Source: an uncultured Candidatus Bathyarchaeia archaeon
Lineage (GTDB): Archaea; Thermoproteota; Bathyarchaeia; TCS64
DNA: 64,000 bases
NCBI GenBank assembly: GCA_964589605.1
Contig: CAZPRN010000002.1
Span: 45,180 to 109,179, forward strand
Direction of reading: 5' to 3'
Made by a program: the position numbers and the translations under genes. Each line of letters begins with the position of its first letter. The first letter of the stretch is position 1. The notes below the pieces were generated by a model, which saw only the letters and a program-made list of their open reading frames with translations, did not search any database and was not told the DNA's origin. Of the stretch, positions 63,972-64,000 are shown piece by piece.

Positions 63972-64000
63972 TGTCCACGCCGGGCTAAGATGCAGTATCT

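Noticed and set aside
1-64000. A search by eye for CRISPR arrays, tRNA genes, transposases or integrases, inteins and long direct repeats.
   Set aside because: I recognised none. There are no regularly spaced repeats. No intergenic segment shows tRNA-like T-arm (GGTTCRAAT) context. There are no DDE or tyrosine-recombinase motifs. Protein lengths of NrdD, PriS, ligase and the others are normal, which argues against inteins. A covariance-model or repeat-finder scan would be needed to be certain.

Overview
This is an archaeal chromosomal window. The information-processing genes are clearly archaeal: PriL/PriS/GINS, FEN1 plus ATP-dependent DNA ligase, L44e-S27e-aIF2alpha-Nop10, and SRP54-L21e-Rpo4(F)-DUF655. 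Coding density is high, with about 75 protein genes. There is also one stand-alone 5S rRNA gene (minus strand, about 20761..20885), which the ORF track covers with spurious ORFs. Three short genes are missing from the track: a 54-aa rubredoxin (4787..4951, minus), Nop10 (10007..10177) and two small hydrophobic ORFs. Metabolic genes are mostly for amino-acid and peptide use: a Liv-type ABC transporter, M24/M20 peptidases, D-aminoacylase, amidohydrolases, an aminotransferase, two DapA-family aldolases and GlnA. A class III ribonucleotide reductase operon (nrdD-nrdG plus a CxxC redoxin) is also present. An accessory stretch at about 24.9-33.7 kb holds VapBC, whose vapC has no canonical start codon, and a secreted DUF3179 pair. 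It also holds an RNase III-domain-only protein and a type I R-M system. The hsdR gene is interrupted by one in-frame TAG exactly at the Glu of the nuclease E-x-K motif. The hsdS gene is visibly AT-rich and carries homopolymeric A tracts. The best candidates for new biology are: (1) an orphan, bacterial-type acetyl-CoA synthase (AcsB/CdhC-like) gene behind an lrp regulator, with no CODH or corrinoid partners in the window; (2) an orphan short Spo11/Topo VI-A-like (mini-A type) protein; (3) a GNAT acetyltransferase fused to an SSB-like OB fold, divergent from the fen1-lig operon. I recognised no CRISPR array, tRNA, transposase or integrase. All calls come from reading motifs by eye; no database search was run.
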